64,000 nucleotides of DNA from Macrostomum lignano. Taxonomy: Eukaryota. Both the position numbers and the translations under genes were made by a program. Shown here piece after piece: positions 1 to 10,189 of the stretch. The stretch lies in assembly GCA_002269645.1 (NCBI GenBank), contig NIVC01000301.1, positions 160,372 to 224,371 of the forward strand, written 5' to 3'. Position 1 is the stretch's first letter. Every line of letters begins with the position of its first letter. The notes under the pieces were generated by a model. The model was not told where the DNA came from. It did no database searches and saw only the letters and a list, made by a program, of their open reading frames with translations.

Positions 1-9
1 CGGGACCGA

Positions 10-612
10 ATGCTCAAACTGCTCAGCCGGCGGCGGGTTGGCTGGACTCTCCTGACCGCCCAGCTGGTCCTGACTGCGCTGACCGCCGCGCTGCACGCCG
101 CCCTGGCTCCGGCGCTGGTCTCCGCGGTTCACGGAGGTGCCGTCGGGGTCGCCTTCGCAGCTCTAGCCGGCCTCGCCTGCGCTGTAGCCGTCGTGGAAGC
201 CGCCGCCGCCGCCGTCTTTGGCTGGCGCGCCGGAGCCAGTCGGCCTGTGGCCGAGCAGCTCCTGCTGGACGTCGCAACCCCGACCTGCGCGCTGCTCGAG
301 ACGCCTCTGGTTGCCCTGAAGCTGGCGACGCTGTCGGCTGCGACCGCGGCTTCGGCGATGGCCTCCGCCATGCCGACTTTAAAGGCCTCGGCTGTGGCGG
401 CCGCAGCGCTGGCGGCCGCCCGCCTGTCCGGCCGCCTCCTGCATCTGGCCGGACGGTTTGGCGTCTTCCACGACTGCGTGGACACCGGCCAGGCCGGCCA
501 GCCGGTCTCTGCGCTCAGCGGCCTGCGACTTCTCGGCGACGGGCTGGCGGCCGCTGGACGGCTGTTCCTACCCTGCCTGCTCATTGTGCTCAACCTGGCC
601 CTGCTGGTCTGA
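10..612 (+). CDS. Uncharacterised hydrophobic, probably multi-pass membrane protein (may be only the 3' part of a gene)
   Basis: 200-aa GC-rich ORF with several Ala/Leu/Val-rich stretches, ending in a hydrophobic C-terminus and TGA, followed by an AT-rich 3' region. No family recognised. Confidence 0.45.
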   Translation: MLKLLSRRRVGWTLLTAQLVLTALTAALHAALAPALVSAVHGGAVGVAFAALAGLACAVAVVEAAAAAVFGWRAGASRPVAEQLLLDVATPTCALLETPLVALKLATLSAATAASAMASAMPTLKASAVAAAALAAARLSGRLLHLAGRFGVFHDCVDTGQAGQPVSALSGLRLLGDGLAAAGRLFLPCLLIVLNLALLV

Positions 613-1108
613 TCGTGTCCTTAGCGCCTCAAACTGTACAAAATTTCCCCTCAGAAACCCATATAATACTACTCGTACTGAATACAATGCGTAAGTAGCA
701 TCATTTGCATATTTTCAAGCTGATGCCATTTTAAAAAACCAGAAATTAAATGAAATAAAACTTTGCTATATTAAGTGCTCAGCTTAGTAAGCCTGATAAA
801 TTTGCGCCTTAATTTGTCAGTACAAGCGAATTGACTAAGTGGACAATGCGAAGGGATAAATACATTCGGTCGGTGCAGTCTGCTAATAAATGAGAGAGAC
901 GCAAATTGTGCCATAATTAATGGGCCAGGTTAATCTGAATGCCAACAAGGATGAAAAGTTCAAGCCGATTTTTTATGTCTCTTTTCGTCTTTTTCGTCTA
1001 TGGCACAAGTTGTGGCTGGATTGTAGGCTATGCTATTTTTAGGAATCTGTAGGAGCAGCAGTCCTTCTACTTTAGGTCCTTCTAAATTCCAATTCCAATT
1101 CCAGAGAT

Positions 1109-4100
1109 TCATAAGATGGTGGCCCCGGACCGAGGCCTCAGGCCGCCCTTCCAGGCCGGGTCCTCGTCCTCCGGCCCGCCGCCGCCTCCCCAGCTCCGGC
1201 CGTCTACCAGGCGATCCCGGATAGCCGCCAGCTGCCTGCGAAATCGGCGCACTTTCTCGATGACCTCCTCCTGCATCAGCTTGAAGCACATGGCGAACAC
1301 GGACAGCCCGATGGCCACGTAACAGACCGTGGCGACCAGCTTCTCCTTCGGGTTCTCGCTGTCCACTTTGGTGCCTGGATTGGCAGGGGTGTCAGGGGTG
1401 CTGACGGCACGGCACGGGGCTTTTGCAGGACTGAAGAGTCTGAAGCTTATCTGAGGAGTCTGAAGCTTATCTGAGGAGTCTGAAGCTTATCTGAGGAGTC
1501 TGAAGCTTATCTGAGGAGTCTGAAGCTTATCTGAGGAGTCTGAAGCTTATCTGAGGAGTCTGAAGCTTATCTGAGGAGTCTGAAGCTTATCTGAGCAGTC
1601 TGAAGCTTATCTGAGCAGTCTGAAGCTTATCTGAGCAGTCTGAAGCTTATCTGAGGAGTCTGAAGCTTATCTGAGGAGTCTGAAGCTTATCTGAGGAGTC
1701 TGATGCTTATCTGAGGAGTGTGAAGCTTATCTGAGGAGTCTGAAGCTTATCTGAGGAGTCTGAAGCTTATCTGAGGAGTCTGAAGCTTATCTGAGGAGTC
1801 TGAAGCTTATCTGAGGAGTCTGAAGCTTATCTGAGGAGTCTGAAGCTTATCTGAGGAGTCTGAAGCTTATCTGAGGAGTCTGAAGCTTATCTGAGGAGTC
1901 TGAAGCTTATCTAAGAAGTCTGAAGCTCAAAGTAGAAACCTGGGGCTTTCGAGCGCATCTGAAGTATCTGAAGTTCATACTCGGGAGGAACCTGAGGCAT
2001 GTCTAAAATAAATTACACTTGAAACATTTCTACGAAATTTGCTGCTTAATAAAGAATTCCTTAGCTTTCAGCAAAACCCGAAGCAACTTAGGCTCGGCTC
2101 ACCTGGCACAATATCGCCGAACCCGATCGTACTCAGCGTCACAAAGCAGAAGTAAGACCATTTCACGTAGTCTTTGTCCTCCCAGATCGTGAAGATGAGC
2201 GCCCCGAATATGATGTACAGCACCATCACCGACAGGGACAGGAACAGCGGCACGGTGATCTGCCGCAGCGCCAGGCCCTGCATCGAGTCTTTGTCGTCGT
2301 CGTCTTCATCTGGCCGCGGCGGCGGAGTCGCCAGATAGCTGGAGAGGCCGCCAGAGGTGCTCTCGTGCACGCTGATGTAACTGCAGCGGCGCAGCATGGG
2401 GTTCGAATCCCGCTTGAACTCGTCCGCGGACAGCAGCGACGTGTCCGACTCGCCCGACGATGCTGAGGACGACGACGTCGACCAATCATCGGAGAGTCGG
2501 CGGCGAATTCTGCGACGGCGGCGAGACGGCGGCTGCAGGCTACGCCAGGACGGTGGATCGGAGCGGCGTGGCGATGCGGACTCAGGTGCGGCGTCGGGGG
2601 CGGCGCCGGCAGAGGTTGGCGGCACCTTCAGCCGGGCTGTCGGCAGAGTTGGCTGTTCGGATCGGACTCGCCGGAGCTGCCGTCGCCGGTTTCCCGCGGC
2701 GGCGCTAGCGCAAGCAGCGGTGGTTGCTGAGTTGGCCGGCTGCAGCTCCCGGTCGATGTCCGCCCAGTCAACCACGGGCACCGCGCGCAGCTCCTCGCTA
2801 GTCCACTCTCGAATCGGCCGCTGTGAGATAGGCGTCAGCACTTCGGCGTTCCAGCTTTCTTCGTCGGCTGCCGCTGACGCGGTGGTGGCGGCAGCGGCAG
2901 CAGAAGCTGCCCTCTCGGCAGCGAGCAGGGAATCAACGCCCGGCAGCTGCAGCGGGGCGGGCCGGGCCGGCAGGATGCGAGCCACCACGTAGGCAACACG
3001 GATGGAGGCGCCGCTGCCCGGGGACGGCAGCTGCTGGAGCAAAGGTGGAGGAGGGGGCGGAGACGACTGGGGCGGCAGTGGCTCCTGCAGCGCCGACCAG
3101 CCGAGCAGCGGGCGCATCTCGGGCGAGGTTGTCTCCAAGGTCGGCGACGAAGCAGCCGCCGCTGCTGATGCCGTCAACCCAACTGCCGCTTCGTCGTCTT
3201 CATCGTCTTCCTCATCCTCGACGCTTGCGGTGGATCGACAGACGGTCGTGAGGGCGGCACTGATCGCCGTCCAGGCCAGTCGGAACGGCGCCGTTGCCCA
3301 GCGCCGGCCAGACACGAGGCACGCGTGGACCCGGCGCCGGGTTCGCCGGCGGAAGACGCGGCGCCAGGCGGGGCGCAGCAGGTCCCGGTAGAGCAGCCGG
3401 AAGCCGTCGGCCAGGTAGTCGCCAACGCTGTTGAGGTAAAGGAACACCATGGGGATGCCGAAGAAAGCGTACAGCATGGTGAGCAGGTAGCCGGTTGATG
3501 TCTTCGGCACGACCTGGCCGTAGCCTGCGGGATTGCGAGGATGAGAGAGATGAGCACATGGTGTGTCTTCTAATGTGCTGGAACGAATGTACCAGTATGT
3601 GCCAATTGTGTGATTGGCAAGCAGTCTACACTCTATGCAGTCAAAACCAACCGACGCACCGATAGTGGTGATGACAGTCACCACGTACAGCAGCGCGCCG
3701 GAGAAGCTCCAGTTCCACTCGTCATCCAGGCGGCCGTTCCAGCCATGCACGTTGACGTAGACCACCAGGTCGCGGCTGAACTCCATCAGCCGGGCGGCCA
3801 GCGCTGCCCGCAGGCCGGCCGAGGCCGTCGCGTTCGCCAGCAGACGCCGGCAGGTCTCGTTCAGACAGACCCGATCGGCGATCGCCTCCGCCATCTCGGC
3901 GCTGACGTTGTCGACGGCCTGTTCGAATCGGAGACGGACATCCTGGCGGATGGCCTCCTCCTGCGGCAGCTCCAGCCGGCGGAAGACCATCCCGCCCAGC
4001 ACGGTGTACGCCACGATGGCGCCGAAGAGGCCCAGATTGGAGAAGGCGAATGCCAGGAAGCGTTTGCAGCAACTCAGAGCCTCTCGCGCTCGGCGCTTCC

Positions 4101-4398
4101 TGCGGAGCCGCTGCAGCTGCTGGCGCCGCTGCGACTTGGTCTGGCGGGCCAACCGGTTGGCGCCGCCGACGCCGCCGCCTCCGCGGTACACTGGCAGAAT
4201 GCTCCGTCCACCGTCATGCGGCTGCCATCGCTGCCGGCGGCTCCAGAGCGTCAGACGCCGATGCTGCCGCAGGTAGTGCCGCGCCTGCTGCGGCTGCGGC
4301 TGTGGCGGGGTGCCGTCAGAGTCGATGGACAGCGAGTTGATGACTCCCCGACTGGCCGCCGCTCTGGAGTTGGACGAGTTGGCGGCGGCGGTGTACAT
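1109..4398 (-). CDS. Two-pore-domain (K2P/TWiK-type) potassium channel; exons 4398-3660, 3524-2103, 1374-1109
   Basis: P1 (FSGALLYVVTVITTIG|YG) is split by a GT-AG intron at 3659-3525. P2 (WSYFCFVTLSTIGFGDIVPG) is followed by intron 2102-1375 and an M4 exon (KLVATVCYVAIGLSVFAMCFKLMQEEV). Both junctions are phase 1 and keep the frame. Confidence 0.92.
1436..1927. repeat. 20-bp minisatellite (GAGTCTGAAGCTTATCTGAG)n, ~24 copies, inside K2P intron 2
   Basis: Near-perfect tandem copies read directly. Confidence 0.97.
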
Positions 4399-5221
4399 CA
4401 GGTAGGGACTGTTGCCGGCCTAAACTTCTCTTTTAGTTTCGAATATTTAAAAAGTCCAAGGAATCGTGGAGACTTCGAGACCGGAGGTTAAAATAGGAGT
4501 CAGCGATGGGACGGAGGTGAAGAGCCGCAGGGACAGGGAGAAAGTGAAAGACTTTTTGGGCAAACTGCAACGATAAGGAACTTTGAAGCGAGTCTTCTTC
4601 TAGGAGACCGGGGCCGCCGGCAGAATAGTTTAGGAAAAATGGAAGCAGCGGAGGGAGGGGCGACTTCTAAACGAGCGTCCTGAGCGGTCCGCAGCCGGCA
4701 ATCCATTATCGTCATTGGGGTTGGCCCAGATAAAAACTTGCCGGCGCTCCCGGGGTCGAGTCTGCGAGCGATGCCCGCCCGGTCTCCTCAATTCAATCAG
4801 AGCCGCCCGGCCCCCTCCCCGCACGGCCGGCAATTTTGTCAGGCGCGAGATTTGGCGCATCTAGTTAGGGCTCGGAGACTGGGGAGGTGCCGCCGCCGAG
4901 CCTGATTCCCTGACATTCGGCCCGGCCAGCCATGAGTCAGGCCAGCGATTTGCTAGCAAAGTGGGGGAGCAATACTTCTGCGGGGACACAAATTTCTCGC
5001 AAATTGGTGCAGCAGCGGTGCAATTGGGCATCGATTTTTATTGATCCTCCATATGATCCACCGCTTGCTCTTTTATGAGAAGCTGAATTTCTGATGACGG
5101 AGAGACCTGCAGAGACAGCTGATGGTAAAGGCCTCTGCCCATGGCATGCCATTCATCCGTGTATAATGAATGCCATTTTTATGGGCCAAGGGCAAAAAGA
5201 GCGACGAATTTACGTCGAAGG

Positions 5222-5505
5222 GTTATGAGCGTTGAGGGAGAGGCAAGGAGGAGAGGAGTCAGAGGAGTGGCTGGTAGAGTAACACTCAATGTACATCGCA
5301 GGGTTATGAGCGCCGAGGAGAGGCAAGGGGATGAGAAGTGAGTGACTTGCAGAGTACACTCAATTGTACATCGCGGGGTTATGAGCGCCGCCGAAATAGG
5401 ACCCAGGAGGAGAGGAGTCAGAGGAGTGGCTGGTAGAGTAACACTCAATGTACATCGCAGGGGTATTAGCGCTGAGGGAGGGGCAAGGGGAGGGAAGAGA
5501 GTGAC
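5222..5505. repeat. Degenerate low-copy direct repeats (purine-rich, containing CACTCAATGTACATCGC)
   Basis: GGAGGAGAGGAGTCAGAGGAGTGGCTGGTAGAGTAACACTCAATGTACATCGCAGGG occurs twice (~5247, ~5406), with a third partial core near 5357. Confidence 0.75.
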
Positions 5506-5868
5506 TAGCAAAATGCGCAAGATGTACAGACGATGAAGACTAAGCCGAAACTACTCGTACAATAGTTTTTTCATTCTCTTGACCCAGGGACAGCCGAATA
5601 CTAAATAAAAATATTTACATGCCCCTGTTTCGAGGTTTTGCAAAAAGTTTGGCAGGAGTTGCAGAAGGATGCTCGGAAAGATCGGTTCATTTTCGATTCA
5701 ACTGTCGCCAACGTAGAATGGCAGAATGAAACAACCAATGAGGAGAGTTTGATGAGGACGGTTGCACACGTTGGACGTTTGCAGGTGGGGATATAAAGGA
5801 GATAAGGCTAGAAAGATGTGAGATGTGAGATTATCAGATAAATATCCCAGTCCATTAACTGCATCAGC

Positions 5869-6490
5869 ATGATTTCTTATTGCAAATTGCTTTTAGGAGT
5901 TCAGTTCATCTTGGCAAATCTGCTGAGCATCGAAGCTGCCGCATCATTCGAGTTGTGTGAGCTGTGAGCTGTGTGAGTTGTGTGACCTAATGCAACCTGT
6001 GCGAGTTTTGTAACCGAGTGCAGTGTAGCACCAGCTGCGCTCACCAGTAGCACCCACTCTGCGCGTGGAGTCCTGGAACTGGGCCGACCAGCTATTCACC
6101 ACCGAGTACGAGTCATTCCAGGTAAACGGGCTGGCAACTAACTACTCTATGGACTACAGCATCAGAGTGGCCTCGGGCACGAACTCCAGCAACGCGTCCG
6201 GCTTCGAGCCGTTCTTCGACAGCTCCGGCCGGCCCTTCTCCACCCTGGACGTGGACAACGACCTTGAAGAGACACAGTCGGTGTCCCAGGCCGCTGCCGG
6301 AGGGGCTGGCTGGTGGTTCACTTTTCTCATCAGCGTATACCTGAACCCCAACGGTCTCTACCCGCCTCCTGACAAGCGGATCTGCATCGAAGCAGCCTCC
6401 GACTTTAAGTTTATGCACTGGTACCTGAACAACGGCACCGGCTGCGGCCGGGTCGCCGTGAAGGCCATCCGAATGATGTTGACAGTGTGA
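5869..6490 (+). CDS. Internally deleted FReD paralogue: signal exon 5869-5956 plus the C-terminal half of the fibrinogen domain (6048/6051-6490); possibly a pseudogene
   Basis: Exon 1 matches 17542-17629 (88 bp, GT donor). 6051-6490 matches ~19103-19540 (FSTLDVDND, GWWF). The ~1.4 kb carrying the PAN exon and the N-terminal FBG exon in copy 2 is absent. Confidence 0.7.
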
Positions 6491-7429
6491 ACTTCCAGCT
6501 GATGGCAGCAAACTGGCTGGATAGATACTCAGAGTAGCCATCTTGGTGATTTTTTTGTCATTTTTGCTGAACTTTTCTTAAAAATTTCTTCTGTTCATCT
6601 GCAATCGTCTCTGTTTACTCCGTTTTCTCTCCCTCTGACCAGTTCAGTCTTGTCATTCTTATCTCTTCCTCGCTGTCTTCTGATTGGCTCCTCAACCTCG
6701 CCTCTTTCCCCAGTCCTGCACTCCACCCCTCACCCCTCCTTTTCTTATCTGCACTTAACCTCCTTTAATTTAAGGTCTTAATTCTAATTAAAAATAGTTA
6801 TCTTATTTTTTATTACATTAAACTAGAGGGGGGCTAAGTGCCAGAGAAAAGTAGGATTGAAGTGCGCAACTGAGAAAAGAGGCGAGATTGAAGAGCCAAT
6901 CAGAAGGCAGTGAGGGAGAGAGATAAGAATATAACAAGACTGAACTGGATAGGCACGGAGAGAAAACACAGTAAACAGAGAGACGAGTGAGTGCAGATGA
7001 ACGTTTCTTCTAAAAATAGCATGCCTATCCGCCTTTAACCCACCTCTAGGCTGTTGCGTGTACATTTGCATTATGTACATTTTTCTATTTTTACAGATTC
7101 TATAAAAATTTTACTTCTAGCTCGTAATTCTTTAAGCAACGGTAACGACATATTGAAAAATGCACGCAAAAGCTGGATTTAAAACTACTTTTCTGAAAAT
7201 AAACTATACTTATGAGCTCTTCTTAGCGTGCGACACTAATTAATTTTTTTTGATTTTCACGCACTCTGCTTTGGGTCTGAAGCCCAGAAGTTCCTTAGGC
7301 AAAAAGCGTCGCCTAGCCTCTTTGAAGACACTGATTCAATATTCTTCAAGCCTGCATATTTGTTGAGCCCCGTTGAAGGCATCCATACTCAGACTTGAGA
7401 CTTGGATAGTAAACAAGATTTATTGATTT

Positions 7430-9627
7430 AGTGCCCCAAAGCAAAACACGAACACGCGATGTTGGCGAAAGCGAAAACAGTAACGAGGCCTCCAAAGCCG
7501 AAGCAACAATGGGAAAGCGCGCGAAAGAAATAAAATCAAAGGAAACGGAACATAGAAAAGCTGATGCCAACGTCAAACGAGAGATCCCACACCTCTAGCA
7601 AACACGACGGAAGCTGCCAAGCCCTGCTGCGACTGCGGGAGATATCGCTGCACTGAGTCGCTCTTCCAGTCACCGATCCGCATGATGTCGGGCACCGGCA
7701 CACCCAACACCGAGGCCCAGGTCGCGCCGCCACGGCGGAGGCTGTGGGCTGAGAAGTGCTCACGCCTGAAGCCCGCAGCCCCTAGCTTGTCCGCTAGGAA
7801 GCAATCGAGTTGCCTGCCCGTCAGCAGCCGCTGGTTGCCTCCGGCGTCGCGATAAGTGAACAGAGGCGCATCAGCCGATTGCAGATTATTGAATCTTGCG
7901 TGCTGCTCGATTGCTAACACCGGGCACAGCGACGTCCGCCTCACTAGCCTTCGTAGAAGCACCTGGTGCACCCGCTCTTTGAACTGGAGAGTCTTCCCTT
8001 GCTCCAGGCGCAAGATCAAACCTCGCGGGTGTCGAAAGATGTCAGCGCAGCGCACACGTGCCGGACCTTTTCCCGAAGTCGGCAGCACGCTGGATTTTCG
8101 AAGCATGCCCCACCAACAGCAGATGGTGACTGCCCAGCATGCCAGCTGAAGCCCGTCAGAACGACTGACTCGCTGATGAATCTCCGGCAACATGAGCGGC
8201 GATACTGGTCGTTTTCTCGACACCCGAAGTCCCAGCTCTCGCTTGGCGCCTCGCAGGAGGAGAGTCGTGGCGGCATGCTTTGTCAGATCTGGTGCAGAGT
8301 TGACGCGAAACCATACGGACAGCGAGCTGGCGACAGAAGCAACGCTGCCGTACGCACGCAAACGCGTCCCGACTAGGCTGGCCAGGAAGTCAAGCAGGCT
8401 GTTCAGAGGACAGGATACAGGACTGCAGCGGGTCTGCCTGCAGTAAGCTAGCCACTCACGGATGTGCCTTGCTACCGCCTGCCTCGACCGTGGTGCATAG
8501 GAGACGCCTAGCAGCGACGCGGCCCGGCGGCTGAGAGAGTCTGAGAGAGTCTGAGAGAGGATGAAGAAAGTGGGCAGAGGCAGGGCAGAAAGCATGTCGA
8601 TGCATTGATTGCAAAGCAAACGGGCACAAGTTGCCATAGCAGCGAAATAAAAAATTAATCAACTGACTGCGCTCGTGCAACCGAGACGCTGCATAGGCGA
8701 GAATTTGAAACTCTCCTGGCACATGAAAGGCTCGCACACTCAGACCATGCCGTAAAGACATCAACGCAATCGTTTGCAGTAACCTCTGCACGACAGGACA
8801 CCTCGAAGTGCCATTATTGATAATATGACAGGCCGCCATGTTGCCACAATAAACGCTAACGTTGCAGCCTTTCAGCTCTTCCCTCCAGCGCAGGATTGAC
8901 AGCAGAGACAGGACTCGATCGCCACATGGTTCTTGAGAACAGGCCAGAGCTCCACCCACCGGGCCGACTCCAGCGCCACAATCCACCAGCTCAATTGGTC
9001 ACAGAGCTGTAAGCTGACTTTAATTCTCTCGTCAGGCCGCATAGCGTTGCACACTTCGATCAGATCACGCAAAAAAGTTTTTCCTTTGCGAATCACCTGT
9101 GCTGCCCAGCCAAGCTTGCCGATCAAGCGTTGCAAAGCCCGCTTGCTGATCCTGGTTTTGCTCCTTTCAGTTGCTAACAACTCAGCGAGGTTCCTCGCCT
9201 TCTCCTCGGGCAGCCTCTTGATGCCGGCCACTGTATCGAACTCGACACCAAGGAAGGTCATGCGCTGAGTTGGTGTCTGACACTTTGCCCAGTTTACAGT
9301 GAAGCCCAGCCGCGTCAACAGGCCTGTCAGCTCGTCGTAAAACCGCTGGCATTCGTCCCGCGAGCCCGCGAAGGCAAAATCGTCCAGGTAGGACTCGGTG
9401 CCCACAAAGCCTCTGCGCACCATCATTAAACGCACAGCATTGCTAAGATGGTGAAAACAGGTAACAGAAGCTGCAGCGCCGAACGGCAAACGGGTGTCAT
9501 ACATGTAGGTGGCTGCCTTGGACTCACCGAAGCGGAACTTGATCCCTGTCCGGCTGAAATCATCGGGGTGAACACCACAGGCGCGCTACGCTTCGCTGAG
9601 ATCCACCTTAGTCATAAAGCAGCCTAC
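7430..9627 (-). mobile_element. 5'-truncated tyrosine-recombinase retrotransposon (DIRS/Ngaro group): RT, RNase H, YR
   Basis: RT motifs TKVDLSEA*R, RLPFGAAAS and SYLDDF (9625-8872). DIRS-type RNase H INNGTS...HVPG...AASRL (to 8456). Overlapping YR ORF. No methyltransferase seen. Confidence 0.9.
7573..8637 (-). CDS. Tyrosine recombinase of the DIRS/Ngaro element
   Basis: Open ORF with GMLRKSS (catalytic R), KT.QFK, LCPV, HSLRRGGATWA, GDWKSDSVQRY. Confidence 0.88.
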   Translation of the reverse strand: MATCARLLCNQCIDMLSALPLPTFFILSQTLSDSLSRRAASLLGVSYAPRSRQAVARHIREWLAYCRQTRCSPVSCPLNSLLDFLASLVGTRLRAYGSVASVASSLSVWFRVNSAPDLTKHAATTLLLRGAKRELGLRVSRKRPVSPLMLPEIHQRVSRSDGLQLACWAVTICCWWGMLRKSSVLPTSGKGPARVRCADIFRHPRGLILRLEQGKTLQFKERVHQVLLRRLVRRTSLCPVLAIEQHARFNNLQSADAPLFTYRDAGGNQRLLTGRQLDCFLADKLGAAGFRREHFSAHSLRRGGATWASVLGVPVPDIMRIGDWKSDSVQRYLPQSQQGLAASVVFARGVGSLV

Positions 9628-10114
9628 AGGTCTATTGTTGACTGGTTCTTCGGTTGCATTGTGCTTCTTTGAGTAGCTAGTCAACATTGTCACTGTTTAA
9701 TCTCGGCTTCTTAAATCTCTGTTTTATTCCTGAATATCGGGTTTCCAGCTGCTGCTGCATGCTGGCGGTGGGGTTGTATGCTATTTTACTAGACTTGGTC
9801 AAAATATGCGGCCAAAATATGCAGCTCAGCTGTCACATACTCGTACTACACAGGCTACCATTATTCCACTTCGCCACATACGAAGCAAATTTAAAATGGA
9901 ATTTATAATTAATTGACCGACCCCACCAAACGAGTAGTCTAATAAGTAGTTTGGTTTTCTGCAATTCTGCACGTTGAATCCAAAAGGCATTGCATATCCG
10001 ATTTTCTCGATATTGCAGCTTGCAGAAACGGGCAGGCTGGCAAAGTTGGCAGAAATCCAGGAAATAAAAAAATACAAAAACAATGCAAAGTTAGGTGAAG
10101 ATCAAACAATATAG

Positions 10115-10120
10115 TTTATT
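10115..10120 (-). terminator. Polyadenylation signal AATAAA of Arg-rich gene copy 1
   Basis: TTTATT on the + strand, 70 nt beyond the TAA at 10190; conserved in copy 2 near 22524. Confidence 0.65.
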
Positions 10121-10189
10121 TCAAACACCCATTAAAGAAGGGTCACAAAACCGAATCGTATTGATGTTTTAGAAGGTGAAAAAGTCCAT

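Noticed and set aside
3525-3659. 45 extra residues inside K2P pore 1, as in the ORF track
   Set aside because: Stop-free 135-bp GT-AG intron; removing it restores TIGYG.
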